64,000 nt of DNA from Kiritimatiellia bacterium (GCA_017527155.1 JAFXQI010000027.1:12628-76627); one strand, 5' to 3'. Positions 47,596-57,409 are shown, numbered from the stretch's first letter. Notes: generated by a model not told the origin, from the sequence alone. Numbers and translations: made by a program.

Positions 47596-47729
47596 TTTTC
47601 CAATCATTGGAAAACCGCCGAAAAATTTTTCCAATCATTGGAAAATTCCGGCCATTTTTTCCAACCATTGGAAAAATGTTTTCCAATCATTGGAAAACTG
47701 GCGTACAATTTTTCCGATCATTGGAAAAC
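47596..47729. repeat. Array of 5 copies of the 19-bp palindrome TTTTCCAATCATTGGAAAA with ~25-30 bp period, immediately upstream of a small ORF
   Basis: Direct reading. Same palindrome as at 6741-6804 and 57410-57513. Confidence 0.75.
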
Positions 47730-47740
47730 GGGAAACGGAC

Positions 47741-48052
47741 ATGGACAACAAGGAAACCGGGCAGGACCGGCCAGAGGGCAACTGGGCCGCGGACATGGGG
47801 GTGGGGTGTCTGCTGGATGTGGCGTTGCTGGTCGGGTTGGTGGTGGTGCTGGACTCGGACCGGGGCGCCCAGGCCATCGTCTACATGCTGTTGCTGGGAG
47901 TGCCGTCGCTGATCGCCCGCTGGCTCCTCCACCGGGCCGGCATCCTGCATCGGACGCTGGGCGGATGGGGCGGACGGCTGCTGGGACCGGGGTTCGTGCT
48001 GCTGGCGGTCGCGCTCGCGCATCTCGCGCCGTTGCCGCTGGAGGAGGACTGA
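47741..48052 (+). CDS. Small hypothetical membrane protein (103 aa)
   Basis: MDNKETGQDRPEGNWAADMGVGCLLDVALLVGLVVVLD... has two hydrophobic helices and starts directly after the palindrome array. It might be a shadow ORF. Confidence 0.35.
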   Translation: MDNKETGQDRPEGNWAADMGVGCLLDVALLVGLVVVLDSDRGAQAIVYMLLLGVPSLIARWLLHRAGILHRTLGGWGGRLLGPGFVLLAVALAHLAPLPLEED

Positions 48053-48132
48053 CCGGGAACCATGCACAACCGCTCCGACGGCAGAAAACAAGACGGCGGG
48101 CCACGGCGGCAACCGCAACGGAAAGGCGGAAC

Positions 48133-49230
48133 ATGAACAGGGATAAAACGCTGGATTGTCTCAGGGGCTTCGCGATGCTGCAGGTCGTGTTCGTCCATGC
48201 CATGTACTGGCTGTACTCCATCAAGCCGACCGTCGCCAGGTCCTTCCTGCTGTTCGAGATGCTGGTGTTCTTCTTCGTGACCGGCGCCGTCAACAGCATG
48301 AAGGAACACCGCTCCTACGGCGAATTCTGCCTCAAGCGCATCAAGGGGCTCATGATCCCCTATTACATCTACGCGGCCATCTGCATGGTGATTGCCGCCG
48401 TCTGCTACCGCAATGCCGGCGAATTCACGCCCGCGCTCGCGTTCCGGATGGTCCTCTCCTGGCTCGTTCCCCTCAACACCCAGATGATTCCCCTGTGGTT
48501 CTACCCCTGGGCCTTGTGGTTCGTTCCCGTCTACCTCCTCGGCATCCTCCTGTTCCCCCCCATCCGGAAAGCCGTCCGGCGGTTTGGATGGATGGCGATC
48601 GCCGCCATGGTCCTGCTTTTCGTCGCGGTGGAAATCGTGCTGCCCCTGGCGGTCCGGAACGTGCCCGGCGAAGGGGGCGGCCTCTACGTCCACCGGCTGT
48701 CCGACATCCTCCAGGAAACGGTCTTCTACTCCGTCTTCATGGCCGCCGGCGCCCTCCATTCCAGACTCAAGCTCCGGGAAAAGCGCGATGGGCTCCTGGC
48801 GCTGGCCATCCTGGTCCTCTCCGTGGCCGGACTGTGGATTTCGAGCTCCGTGTTCGGCCGGACGCTCGACATGCAGGAAAACAAGTTCCCTCCGAACCAC
48901 GTCTTCCTGTTCTACGCCTCCGCCGTCATGACGCTCCTGTATCTGGCGCTCCCGGTGCTGAAAACCCTCTACCGCCTGCTCGTCCGGGCCGTCCCGCCGG
49001 TGGACAAATGGATCGCCCTGTTCTCCGCGAACAGCATGACGGTGTTCCTCTACCAGCCGTTCGCCTTCTGGGGAACCTACCTCCTCCTGCGCCGGTACGG
49101 CCTGCGGAAGACCGCCTGGGAGCCGTATGCCGCCATCCTGCTGCTCTACCTGCTCGTGTGGCTCATCATCCTGCTCGCGAACCTCCTCAAGGCCGCGCGG
49201 AACGCCCTCGCCCGGCGCCTGGCCGGCTAG
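48133..49230 (+). CDS. Acyltransferase family 3 (OafA/OatA-like) integral membrane O-acyltransferase
   Basis: MNRDKTLDCLRGFAMLQVVFVHAMYW, ~10 TM helices, local GC lower (~60%). Confidence 0.7.
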   Translation: MNRDKTLDCLRGFAMLQVVFVHAMYWLYSIKPTVARSFLLFEMLVFFFVTGAVNSMKEHRSYGEFCLKRIKGLMIPYYIYAAICMVIAAVCYRNAGEFTPALAFRMVLSWLVPLNTQMIPLWFYPWALWFVPVYLLGILLFPPIRKAVRRFGWMAIAAMVLLFVAVEIVLPLAVRNVPGEGGGLYVHRLSDILQETVFYSVFMAAGALHSRLKLREKRDGLLALAILVLSVAGLWISSSVFGRTLDMQENKFPPNHVFLFYASAVMTLLYLALPVLKTLYRLLVRAVPPVDKWIALFSANSMTVFLYQPFAFWGTYLLLRRYGLRKTAWEPYAAILLLYLLVWLIILLANLLKAARNALARRLAG

Positions 49231-49264
49231 CGCGGTTCGGGAAATGGCATAGCGCCTGTTTCGC

Positions 49265-49386
49265 CTTCCAGACTTGGTGGGGCGAGCTCTCCGAGCGAGC
49301 CGTTCCAACCGTTTGAGCGGCTCGCACGGAGTGCTCGCCCCACCACGGGGCGGCCACCGCTCCAACGCCGTTCGTCGAAGCGGAAA
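49265..49386. repeat. Right copy of the 122-bp hairpin-element direct repeat
   Basis: See 47425-47545. Confidence 0.8.
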
Positions 49387-49468
49387 ACTCCGGTGCCGCG
49401 AAAAACCGGCGTTCCCGCATCCCGGAATCCCCTTGCCGGACGAATCCCCGCCGTGGTAGAACGCCGCC

Positions 49469-49927
49469 ATGAAAGACGACTTGCTATCGGCCCCCGTGGA
49501 AGGCGGAAGGGAAATCCTTTCGGGCCTGGCCGCCTGGTTGGCGGGACTCACGTGGGGCTACGCCCTCTTGACCGGGGACATGCTCTGGGAGCTGCGAGGG
49601 GGCGAATGGATGGTGGGCTGGCTGGGAGCGGTGTTCCTGCCGCCCGGCATGTCGGGCTGGGGCTGGCTGGCGTTCCCGTTCGAGCTCGTGATGCTGTACG
49701 GGGCGGTCTGGCGGGGATGGAACGCCTGTCTCGTGATCGGCCTGCTGGCGCTGGCGGCGGGGCTCCTCGCGCTCCCCGAATACGGCCCCTGGTACCTCCT
49801 GCGCCTGGTCCTGCCCTTGGTGCTCGTCCTTTTCGGCCTCGCCGTGGAGCGTGGCTGGTTCATCCCGCGCCGCCGTCCCCGTCCGCCCGCGCCGCCGTCC
49901 ACCGAAGAGGCGCCCACGGGCCGATAG
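49469..49927 (+). CDS. Hypothetical membrane protein
   Basis: 152 aa with 4 hydrophobic helices rich in W/G/L. No recognisable family. Confidence 0.4.
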   Translation: MKDDLLSAPVEGGREILSGLAAWLAGLTWGYALLTGDMLWELRGGEWMVGWLGAVFLPPGMSGWGWLAFPFELVMLYGAVWRGWNACLVIGLLALAAGLLALPEYGPWYLLRLVLPLVLVLFGLAVERGWFIPRRRPRPPAPPSTEEAPTGR

Positions 49928-49971
49928 GGCGATTCAGGAAAAAGTGTGGCAGCGGCCCATGTCGTCGCCAC

Positions 49972-50010
49972 CTTTCCCAGTGCGGACGCGCAGAAGCGCG
50001 TCCCTCCCCG
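49972..50010. terminator. GGACGCGC-AGAA-GCGCGTCC perfect hairpin within a 38-bp repeat, between convergent genes. Read as a likely bidirectional terminator.
   Basis: 8-bp GC stem with tetraloop. It has no U-tract, which is common in high-GC genomes. A second copy of the 38-bp repeat sits at 6578-6614. Confidence 0.4.
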
Positions 50011-50078
50011 AGCAGATAGCCCCACCTGCAAAACCGGTATGACCCGCCCTCCGGGAGGGCGGGCCGGTGCGGGATGCC

Positions 50079-50462
50079 TTACGGCAGGACGCGGAAGGAC
50101 TTGACGTCGATCTTCGGCGTCTCGAACATTTCCTTGTCCAGTTCGCCGGAGATTTCGAGGTTGGTTTCGGGCGTCACGGTGATGCCGCGCCATTCGTCGT
50201 CGTCGATTTCGACCATGACCGACCCGGTGGCATCCTGGAACGTGTACTTCTCGTCGCCCAGGCTGGCCACGATCCGGCCTTGCAGGACGACCCAGGAATC
50301 ATCGCGCTGCTTGAGCGCGTCCCGGACCGTCAGGGCGGAATTCCCGGGCCCCGGACCGGCGAACCCGCCGGGATTGGGATTGGCGAACCCGCCGCCCGTC
50401 TGCGCCTGGGCCGTTGCAACGACGGCAACCGCCGCAAAGAGAGCCATCATCGTTTTCTTCAT
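50079..50462 (-). CDS. BOF (YgiW/YdeI) family OB-fold periplasmic protein
   Basis: Signal peptide MKKTMMALFAAVAVVATAQA, then SWVVLQGRIVASLGDEKYTFQDATGSVMVEIDDDEW. Confidence 0.7.
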   Translation of the reverse strand: MKKTMMALFAAVAVVATAQAQTGGGFANPNPGGFAGPGPGNSALTVRDALKQRDDSWVVLQGRIVASLGDEKYTFQDATGSVMVEIDDDEWRGITVTPETNLEISGELDKEMFETPKIDVKSFRVLP

Positions 50463-50595
50463 GTCCGATCTCCTTGTTTTGTTTCGGATACGCCGCAACC
50501 CTAAAGCGACTCACTCCTCCCTGTCCAGATGAAAATGGAGCAGTTGGATCAAACGCCCGCCCTCGGATGGCTTCCTGGGCGCCCCGTCCGCGGCG

Positions 50596-53500
50596 TCACG
50601 TCCTGCGCAGGGTGAGGACGGGGAGAAGGATGGCGGATTCTTCGGTGGCGTCCTTGGCTTTCCAGGCGACGATGAAGCCGACGTGGGCTTCGCGGACGGC
50701 ATAGCCCCGGGCTTCGCGCTTGCGGATTTCGGCCAGGGCGGCCTTGGAGAGGCGGGCCACCCGCACGCCGGTGGCGGACACCAGGTCGCCGTCTTCGTAC
50801 GCCAGCGGGCTGCCGCTGCGGAGGCGGAAGATGTCCTTCTTGCGGTCCTTCGAGAAGTCCAGCCAGACGTCCTTGTGGGAAAGGTGCAGGGTGAGTTCGG
50901 GCGGTTCGGGATAGGGGGTGTCGTCCCGGAGGAAGCGGGCGCCGGGCGTCCGGCACGCCCCGAAGAGGCCGCTGTTGCAGTGGATGTACAGGCGGTTCCG
51001 GGCGCGGGTGATGCCGACGTAGAGCTTGCGCCGGGCGTCGTCGTCCGCCGCCGCTTCGTCCCGCAGCAGCATGTACACGGTGTCGAATTCCCGCCCCTTG
51101 GCCTTGTGGATGGTCGAGACGAAGACGGTCCCCTTGCCGCCGCCGCAGAAGTCTTCCAGCCTGGACTCGAAGGCGAATTCCCGCAAATCGCTCCGGTAGC
51201 GGATCCGCTGGACGCTTTCGAACTGCCGGAAGAACTCGCGGACGGCGTCGATGCAGGCGCTGTCGGCGTAGCGCGAAAGGGTTTCCTCCTTGGCTTCTTC
51301 CCATGCGTCGGCGCCGATGGCGGGCGTCGCGGTCTTCCGGTCGATGCGCCGGAGGAAGTATCGCACTTCGGCCAGGTCGGAGAACCGGAATCCGTCCACC
51401 GACTGGATGAGCCGCGCGGGAATGCCGGCCCGCGCCAGGGCGCCCGCCGCCTGGGCGGCTTCGTCGTTGGTGCGGACGAGGACGCAGGCGGTTTCGCCGC
51501 GCCAGGTGCTTTTCACCTGTTCGACGAGGGGCAGCACCATCTCCGCGGAGGCGTGCCGGACGATTTCCACCTCCCCGGGGTCGTCGCGGACGGCGATGCC
51601 CGGACGGCGCTTCATCCGGTTGCCGATGGTTTGGGCGAAGGCGTTGGCGAATTCGACGATGGCGCGGGCGCTGCGGTGGTTTTCGACCAGCTCGTAGCGG
51701 CCTTCCGGCCCGCCGCCGGCGAGCGCGGCCATGTAGCGGCTGTCGGAGCCGCGGAAGGCGTAGATGTTCTGGTCGTCGTCGCCCACGGCGATCACGCGCA
51801 TTTCCTCGTTGGCCCGCATCAGGGCCCGCACCAGGGCGTACTCGCCGGCGTCCATGTCCTGCGCCTCGTCGATGACCAGCACCGACTTGGCGATGCGGTT
51901 CGGCTCCACCCCGCCGCTTTCGATCAGCCGGACGGCCTCGCCGACCACGTCCCCGGCCTCTTCCAGGTTGCCGACGCGTCCCAGGAGGTCGAAGCTGTAG
52001 GAGTGGAAGGTCTTGATTTCGACGAAGTGGGCGGCGTTGCCGACGAGGTCGAGCAGGCGGCGCTTGAATTCGGTGGCGGCGGCGCGCGAGAAGGTCAGCA
52101 TGAGCAGCTGCTCGTGCTTGACGTCTTCGAGCAGCAGCAGCGAGGCGAGCTTGTGGACCAGGACGCGGGTCTTGCCGCTGCCGGGGCCGGCGGCGACGAC
52201 GATGCGCGCCGACCGCTTGTCGCCGATGATGGCCCGCTGGGTGTCCGAGAGCGCGCCTAAGAGCTGTTGGTGCTTGCGCGGGGTGATGTTCCTGCCGATT
52301 TCCGCCAGGCGATCGCCCTTGAAGTACTTGGCGATGAACTTGCGGAAATCCATCTGGAAGTAGTCCCGCACGTACCGCAGGGCGGCGGCGTAGTCCTTCA
52401 CCATCAGGTTGGCGTATTCGCCGACGATGTGGATCTGCCGGATCTTCTGCTTGTAGAACTCGTCGAGCATCCGGTAGTCCTCGACCTTGTACCGGTTTTT
52501 CATGTCGGCGAGACGGTGGATTTCCATGGCGTTGTAGATGACCAGGAAGCCGCCCTCCAGCTTCATGGCGCCGATTTTCGAGAGGTAGAGCAGCGCGTCC
52601 TCGATTTCGTCGATGCGGAAGGGGCCGCCCTCGGCGAACAGCGCGCGTTCCCGCCGCGCGGAGAGTTTCTCCAGCAGCTCCGTGACCGAGAACTGGATCG
52701 GCACCGCCCCGCCGCCGCCGCCGGAACCGGACGCGGCGCCGGCCGGCGCGTGGAGTTCGTGGACGGCGAAGCGGCAGATTCCGATGCGGCGGGCCTGTTG
52801 CCGGAGCGTCCGCTCCGCATCCAGCGCCGTCACCATGCGGAGCCGCCCCGTAGCGGCGTCTTCCTGCTTGCGGATGATGGATTTGACGGTCAGGAAGTAG
52901 AGGAGCGTGCGGATGTTTTTCACCGAACTGCCGGCGATGCCGCCTTCGAGGGCCCGCTCGTTGAGGGCCTTGAGGGTCAGGTCGGCCTCCTGCCGGGCGA
53001 TCTCGCCGAGCAGGAAGCGCTCGAGCGCGGCGAAGCGTTCCAGGGTCCTGGAGGTGGCGGCCTCCGAGCGGTCGATCCAGGCGGACAGGTCGCGCGAGTC
53101 GGCGAGGATGCCTTCCTGGCGCATGCGGGTGATGGCGCCGATGACGGCGGCCTTGTCCAGCCCGAGGATGTCGGCGAGGTAGTCCACCCGCGAATCGGCT
53201 TCCCCGTCCTGCCGCGCCCCGGCGATCTGCTTGCTCGAAATCAGCGACTTGATGATCCGGATGGCGTCCTGCCGCCCCCCGTCGTCGAACAGGGGCGATT
53301 CCGCGATGCGGCGGCGCGCCTCGTCCATGTTCCGGACCATGATGCCGGTGGCGAAGACGTGCGGGACGTTGTTGCCGCGGCGCACGTAGCCGGCCTCCTC
53401 CAGGGCGGCGACGGCGGTCCGCACGCGGGTCTCGACGTCCGGCACCTCGTCGTTCCAGCCCGCCTGCCGCGCGATTTCGAGGGCGCTGCAGGCCACCTGC

Positions 53501-55452
53501 GGGCGCTGGCGGGTGAGGGTCTTGATGGCGCTCCAGACCTGCTGGATTTCGCTCAGGCTCAGCTTGGTCTGGTTGAGCAGGATGAAGTGCTTGTCCAGGT
53601 CCTGGTCGCTGTAGAGCACGTGGCACTTGGCGGAGGTCTGCGGGTCGCGGCCGGCACGGCCGGCCTCCTGGACGTAGTTTTCGAGCGAGTCGGAGATGTC
53701 GTAGTGCACCACCAGGCCCACGTCCTTCTTGTCCACGCCCATGCCGAAGGCGGACGTGGCGACGATGGCGCGGACTTCGTTGAGGATGAAGGCGTTCTGG
53801 TTCGCGATCTTCTCGGCGGGGTCCATCTTGCCGTTGAACGGCAGCGCGGGGATGCCGTCCCGCGTCAGCTTGTCCGCGAGGTCGCGCGTCCGCTTCGTGC
53901 GCGAGACGTACACGATGGCCGGGCATCCGCCGCCGAGCAGCAGGCTGCGCAGGTGCCGGTACTTCTCCTCCTCGGTGTCCGCGTGGATGACCGAATACTG
54001 CAGGTTTTCCCGGGTGGCGGACGACGCGAAGAGCCGCAGGTCCAGCCCCAGCTTCGCCCGGAAGTAGTCGCGGATGTCGGAGACCACCTTCTGCTTCGCC
54101 GTCGCCGTGAAGCACGAGACGGGAATCGCCGCACCCTCCCCCTTCTTCTCCCGCAGCTTGCGGATGAAGTCGCCGATGTAGAGGTAATCGACGCGGAAAT
54201 CCTGCCCCCACGCGGAAAAACAGTGCGCCTCGTCGATGACGAACCGCACCACGTTGCGCGAGAGCAGCAGCTTCTCGACCGTCTTCGACCGCAGCATTTC
54301 CGGCGAGATGTACAGCAGCGACGCCGATCCGTCCGCCACCCGCCCGATCGCCTCCGCGCGGCTCAGCGGGTCGAGCAGGCCGTTGACGGTGACCGCTTCC
54401 GTGACGCCCCGCGCCGCCAGGTTGTCCACCTGGTCCTTCATCAGCGACTGCAAGGGCGAAATGACCACCGTCAGGCCGTGCACCGCCCGCCCCTGCATGA
54501 GCGCCGGCAGCTGGAAGGTGAGCGACTTGCCGCCGCCCGTCGGGAAAATGGCCAGCAGCGACTCGCCGTCCACCGCCGCCTGCACCGCCCGCTCCTGCAT
54601 GGGCTCGCCGTCGAAGAGGCGGAAGGCGTCGTAGCCGAAGATGCTCCGCAGCCCCTTGTGGATGTCCAGCTTGTCGCGGCAGTACGCGCACCCTTCCCGG
54701 CAGGGCGTGCCGCACAGGGCCTTCAGGACATGCTCCACGCGCGGGAATTGGTGCAGCACCCACGGCGGCGTCGCGGAACTCCCGTCGCCCGTGTTGACCA
54801 GCGCCAGCGCGTAGGCCAGTTCGCGCGGCATGGCGTCCGCGAGCCCCGCCAGGTCCGCGTGGGCGCAGATCCGCCCCGCGAAGGCTTTTTCGACGAGATC
54901 CGCGGCATCCCCACCGCCTGGCGCCATCCCCAGGAAGGCGAAAAACCCGCCGAACTCCTCGAAGGGCGACAGCAGCGCGCGGAAAACCGCCTGCAACTCC
55001 CCCGGCAGCGCCCGGAATGCATTCACCTCGTCGAAGAAAAGGTCCCGCGCCTTCTTCGCGTCGTTGAGCGGATTGTTCAGCTCCTCGGTCTGCAGCTTGT
55101 CGTCCTTCAGCAGCCGGTGGTAGGGCCGTTTCGGGAACAGGAGGGGCGAAAGATACAGCGTGTCGATGGCCGGTTTGCCGCGGATTCCCGGAACGGGACC
55201 CGCCAGGTACTTCAAATCGTGGTGCACGATGTTGTGCCCGCAGAGGAACCCGGCGCCGGCCGTGAACCGCGCGAACTCCGCCGCCGAAGCCGTGTGCAAC
55301 TTCCGGTTCGCCCCCTGGCACGCCCCGTAATCATGGATCCGCCCGTCCGCCACCCCGACTTCGACATCGATGAACGCGACCTCGTCGAACCGCCCGCCGC
55401 CGTCCCCGCCCAACGCCTTGTTGCCCTGCACTTCCATGTCGCACCCGTCCAT
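50596..55452 (-). CDS. ~1,618-aa tri-domain protein: N-terminal DnaQ-like DEDDh 3'-5' exonuclease + RecQ-family helicase core + C-terminal UvrD/Rep-like SF1 helicase
   Basis: Exo motifs FIDVEVGV (I), GHNIVHHDLKYL (II), NPLNDAKKA (III). RecQ motifs LAIFPTGGGKSLTFQLPAL and VIDEAHCFSAWGQDFR. SF1 motifs VVAAGPGSGKTRVL, VIDEAQDM, VENHRSARAIV, TIHKAKGREFDTVYML, LYVGITRARNRL. Confidence 0.8.
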   Translation of the reverse strand: MDGCDMEVQGNKALGGDGGGRFDEVAFIDVEVGVADGRIHDYGACQGANRKLHTASAAEFARFTAGAGFLCGHNIVHHDLKYLAGPVPGIRGKPAIDTLYLSPLLFPKRPYHRLLKDDKLQTEELNNPLNDAKKARDLFFDEVNAFRALPGELQAVFRALLSPFEEFGGFFAFLGMAPGGGDAADLVEKAFAGRICAHADLAGLADAMPRELAYALALVNTGDGSSATPPWVLHQFPRVEHVLKALCGTPCREGCAYCRDKLDIHKGLRSIFGYDAFRLFDGEPMQERAVQAAVDGESLLAIFPTGGGKSLTFQLPALMQGRAVHGLTVVISPLQSLMKDQVDNLAARGVTEAVTVNGLLDPLSRAEAIGRVADGSASLLYISPEMLRSKTVEKLLLSRNVVRFVIDEAHCFSAWGQDFRVDYLYIGDFIRKLREKKGEGAAIPVSCFTATAKQKVVSDIRDYFRAKLGLDLRLFASSATRENLQYSVIHADTEEEKYRHLRSLLLGGGCPAIVYVSRTKRTRDLADKLTRDGIPALPFNGKMDPAEKIANQNAFILNEVRAIVATSAFGMGVDKKDVGLVVHYDISDSLENYVQEAGRAGRDPQTSAKCHVLYSDQDLDKHFILLNQTKLSLSEIQQVWSAIKTLTRQRPQVACSALEIARQAGWNDEVPDVETRVRTAVAALEEAGYVRRGNNVPHVFATGIMVRNMDEARRRIAESPLFDDGGRQDAIRIIKSLISSKQIAGARQDGEADSRVDYLADILGLDKAAVIGAITRMRQEGILADSRDLSAWIDRSEAATSRTLERFAALERFLLGEIARQEADLTLKALNERALEGGIAGSSVKNIRTLLYFLTVKSIIRKQEDAATGRLRMVTALDAERTLRQQARRIGICRFAVHELHAPAGAASGSGGGGGAVPIQFSVTELLEKLSARRERALFAEGGPFRIDEIEDALLYLSKIGAMKLEGGFLVIYNAMEIHRLADMKNRYKVEDYRMLDEFYKQKIRQIHIVGEYANLMVKDYAAALRYVRDYFQMDFRKFIAKYFKGDRLAEIGRNITPRKHQQLLGALSDTQRAIIGDKRSARIVVAAGPGSGKTRVLVHKLASLLLLEDVKHEQLLMLTFSRAAATEFKRRLLDLVGNAAHFVEIKTFHSYSFDLLGRVGNLEEAGDVVGEAVRLIESGGVEPNRIAKSVLVIDEAQDMDAGEYALVRALMRANEEMRVIAVGDDDQNIYAFRGSDSRYMAALAGGGPEGRYELVENHRSARAIVEFANAFAQTIGNRMKRRPGIAVRDDPGEVEIVRHASAEMVLPLVEQVKSTWRGETACVLVRTNDEAAQAAGALARAGIPARLIQSVDGFRFSDLAEVRYFLRRIDRKTATPAIGADAWEEAKEETLSRYADSACIDAVREFFRQFESVQRIRYRSDLREFAFESRLEDFCGGGKGTVFVSTIHKAKGREFDTVYMLLRDEAAADDDARRKLYVGITRARNRLYIHCNSGLFGACRTPGARFLRDDTPYPEPPELTLHLSHKDVWLDFSKDRKKDIFRLRSGSPLAYEDGDLVSATGVRVARLSKAALAEIRKREARGYAVREAHVGFIVAWKAKDATEESAILLPVLTLRRT

Positions 55453-56159
55453 TCGCCCCAAGAAGCTACAAGGAGAGCCCGCCCCCCGTCAACGCCATTT
55501 GCCCCGCTTTCGCCTTGGGGCCAAGTCGACCTCGGAAAGGAGGAATGCCGGAGCGCGGGCGGCCCGCCCGCTTTCCTTTCGCAAATCGACCGCATCCCCT
55601 CACTATCCCCTCCCTTCCGCCCCACTCCCAAGGCCCCATGGTTTTCCATGGTGGTGAGGATGCATGGAATCATGGAGAAAACAAGGGGTTTCCCGTAATT
55701 GCAAATGAGTCTCCCCGGCCTCCGTTTTGTGGTCCGGGCGGCAAGCGGGAGGAAAGAACCGACATGGATGTCTCGAATGCCGCTTCGCGGACACGAATGG
55801 CTTCTACGAGGAAGGGTGGATTGTGTAAGTGAAAGCGGGCGGGCTGGGAGCGCGGGCGTCCCGCCCGCGAAGCTTTTGGAAAGGGGAAAACAAGCGAAAA
55901 GGCCCATGTTTTCCATAATCTCGCATCCAGCGGCGCGGCTGAAAGACCGTACCGCATCTTTTCACTTTTCACTGGTCACTTGTCACTGCGCCCGAAGGGC
56001 GCTACGGCATCCTGCCGCGCCCTTGCGGATGGAGAGCGGGAGGGGAGAAAAAGACAAACAGGACACAGGGGACAAGGTTGCGGGAGGGGAGAGGGAGGGA
56101 TGGGGAAGCGGGCAGGCCGCCCGCGTTCCGATAAAGGGGACTTGAAGGGAAACAGGCCG

Positions 56160-56993
56160 CTACTTCAGGTATTTGCGGGTGCCGACTTCGGAGAGGATGC
56201 GCATTTGCTGGATGGCGATGGCATTGAGTTTCTGCAGGCGCTGGGACTGGGGGAGGCCGTCGTGGATCAGGACGGCATTGATGTTTTCCAGGTTGGATAG
56301 GCAGATGAGCTGGTCGACGGTGGCATGGTCGCGCTGGTTGCCCTTGAGGGAAGGATTCGCTTCCTGCCACTGCCGGTGGGTTTGTCCGAAGAGGGCGACG
56401 TTGAGCACGTCCGCTTCGCTGGCGTAAATGACGCTCGTCTGGGCACGGGAAACGGCGGGCGGCACGAGATTGCGCAGGATGGCGTCGGTGTGGATGCGGT
56501 AGTTGATCTTGGCGAGTTCTCGCTTGGCCGACCAGCCGACGAGTTCCTGCTCCCGGGCTTTGAGGCGCTGGAATTCCCTGACGATGTAGATCTTGAATTC
56601 CGCCGAAATCCACATCGCGAACTCGAAGGCAATGTCTTTGTGCGCGAATGTCCCGCCATAACGCCCGGCCCTCGAAACCAGGCAGGCGGCGTTCGTGCGT
56701 TCCGTGAATTCCTGCACCCCGATCTTGAAGGAGTGGAGGCCAGCCTGGTTTCTAATTGTGGCGAATTCGCCATAATTGAAGGCCGGGTTGTAGATGCGTT
56801 CCCAGATGCCGATGTACTCCAGGGTATTGCGGTTGCGCAACCAGTCCGTGATGAAAAACTCGCCATCCTTCGCCTTGAGCATGTCGGTGAGGCAGATGTA
56901 GTCTTCGTCCCCGACTTTGGCCACGCGGACAAGGGTGCCGCGGATGTCGAGTTCTCCCGAGGTCTTTGGTGGCATGTTCGTGGGCTTTTGCAT
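56160..56993 (-). CDS. KilA-N domain-containing protein (phage/plasmid-type DNA-binding domain)
   Basis: LVRVAKVGDEDYICLTDMLKAKDGEFFITDWLRNRNTLEYIGIWE is the KilA-N fold. The gene is ~56-58% GC against a ~70% background. Confidence 0.8.
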   Translation of the reverse strand: MQKPTNMPPKTSGELDIRGTLVRVAKVGDEDYICLTDMLKAKDGEFFITDWLRNRNTLEYIGIWERIYNPAFNYGEFATIRNQAGLHSFKIGVQEFTERTNAACLVSRAGRYGGTFAHKDIAFEFAMWISAEFKIYIVREFQRLKAREQELVGWSAKRELAKINYRIHTDAILRNLVPPAVSRAQTSVIYASEADVLNVALFGQTHRQWQEANPSLKGNQRDHATVDQLICLSNLENINAVLIHDGLPQSQRLQKLNAIAIQQMRILSEVGTRKYLK

Positions 56994-57268
56994 GATTGGA
57001 ACTTTTCTGGATTCTTGGGGATGGCGTTGGGCGGCATCATGGCATGTTCCGTACTGGGTTCAAGCATAAAAGAGAACGTTTAGACAACAAATCGGGATTG
57101 TACGCAACGGTGCAGGTTCCGCAATGCGGGGAGAGCGCTGCAGGCGGGGAGTGGGCGTGGCTGAAAGCCGCACATCCCGAGTGGGGGATTGCAGTGGGGG
57201 GATTGGAGAGCAAGGGCGGGCCGTCCGCGTTCCGACCAAAAAGGCGAGGCGCCCGCGGGCCGGCGGGG

Positions 57269-57355
57269 TCACTCGTCGGGCATGGCGGCTTCGATGCGGT
57301 TGTCGAAGAGGGTGCAGTCGGCGAAGAAGTCGAGGCGGACTTCGCCGGTGGGGGC
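57269..57355. other. Displaced duplicate of the dnaB 3' end (last ~28 codons + stop), ~85% identical to 60501-60587. Read as an att-like target duplication.
   Basis: tcactcgtcgggcatggcggcttcgatgcggttgtcgaagagggtgcagtcggcgaagaagtcgaggcggacttcgccggtggg versus the dnaB end. The translated fragment PTGEVRLDFFADCTLFDNRIEAAMPDE matches PTGEVRLNFFADYTRFDNRIETASPDE. Confidence 0.75.
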
Positions 57356-57409
57356 GTCGATCCCGGCTTGGGTTTTGCACAATCCGGCAGCCCGGCGGGG
57401 GAGGGCGGG

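Noticed and set aside
44240-48052. 1,270-aa + strand ORF in an alternative frame over gatA/gatB
   Set aside because: Arg/Pro-rich out-of-frame read-through. Only its last 103 codons (47741-48052) might be a real small gene.
56325-57083. 252-aa + strand ORF overlapping the KilA-N gene
   Set aside because: Antisense to a well-supported KilA-N domain ORF, with no recognisable motifs.
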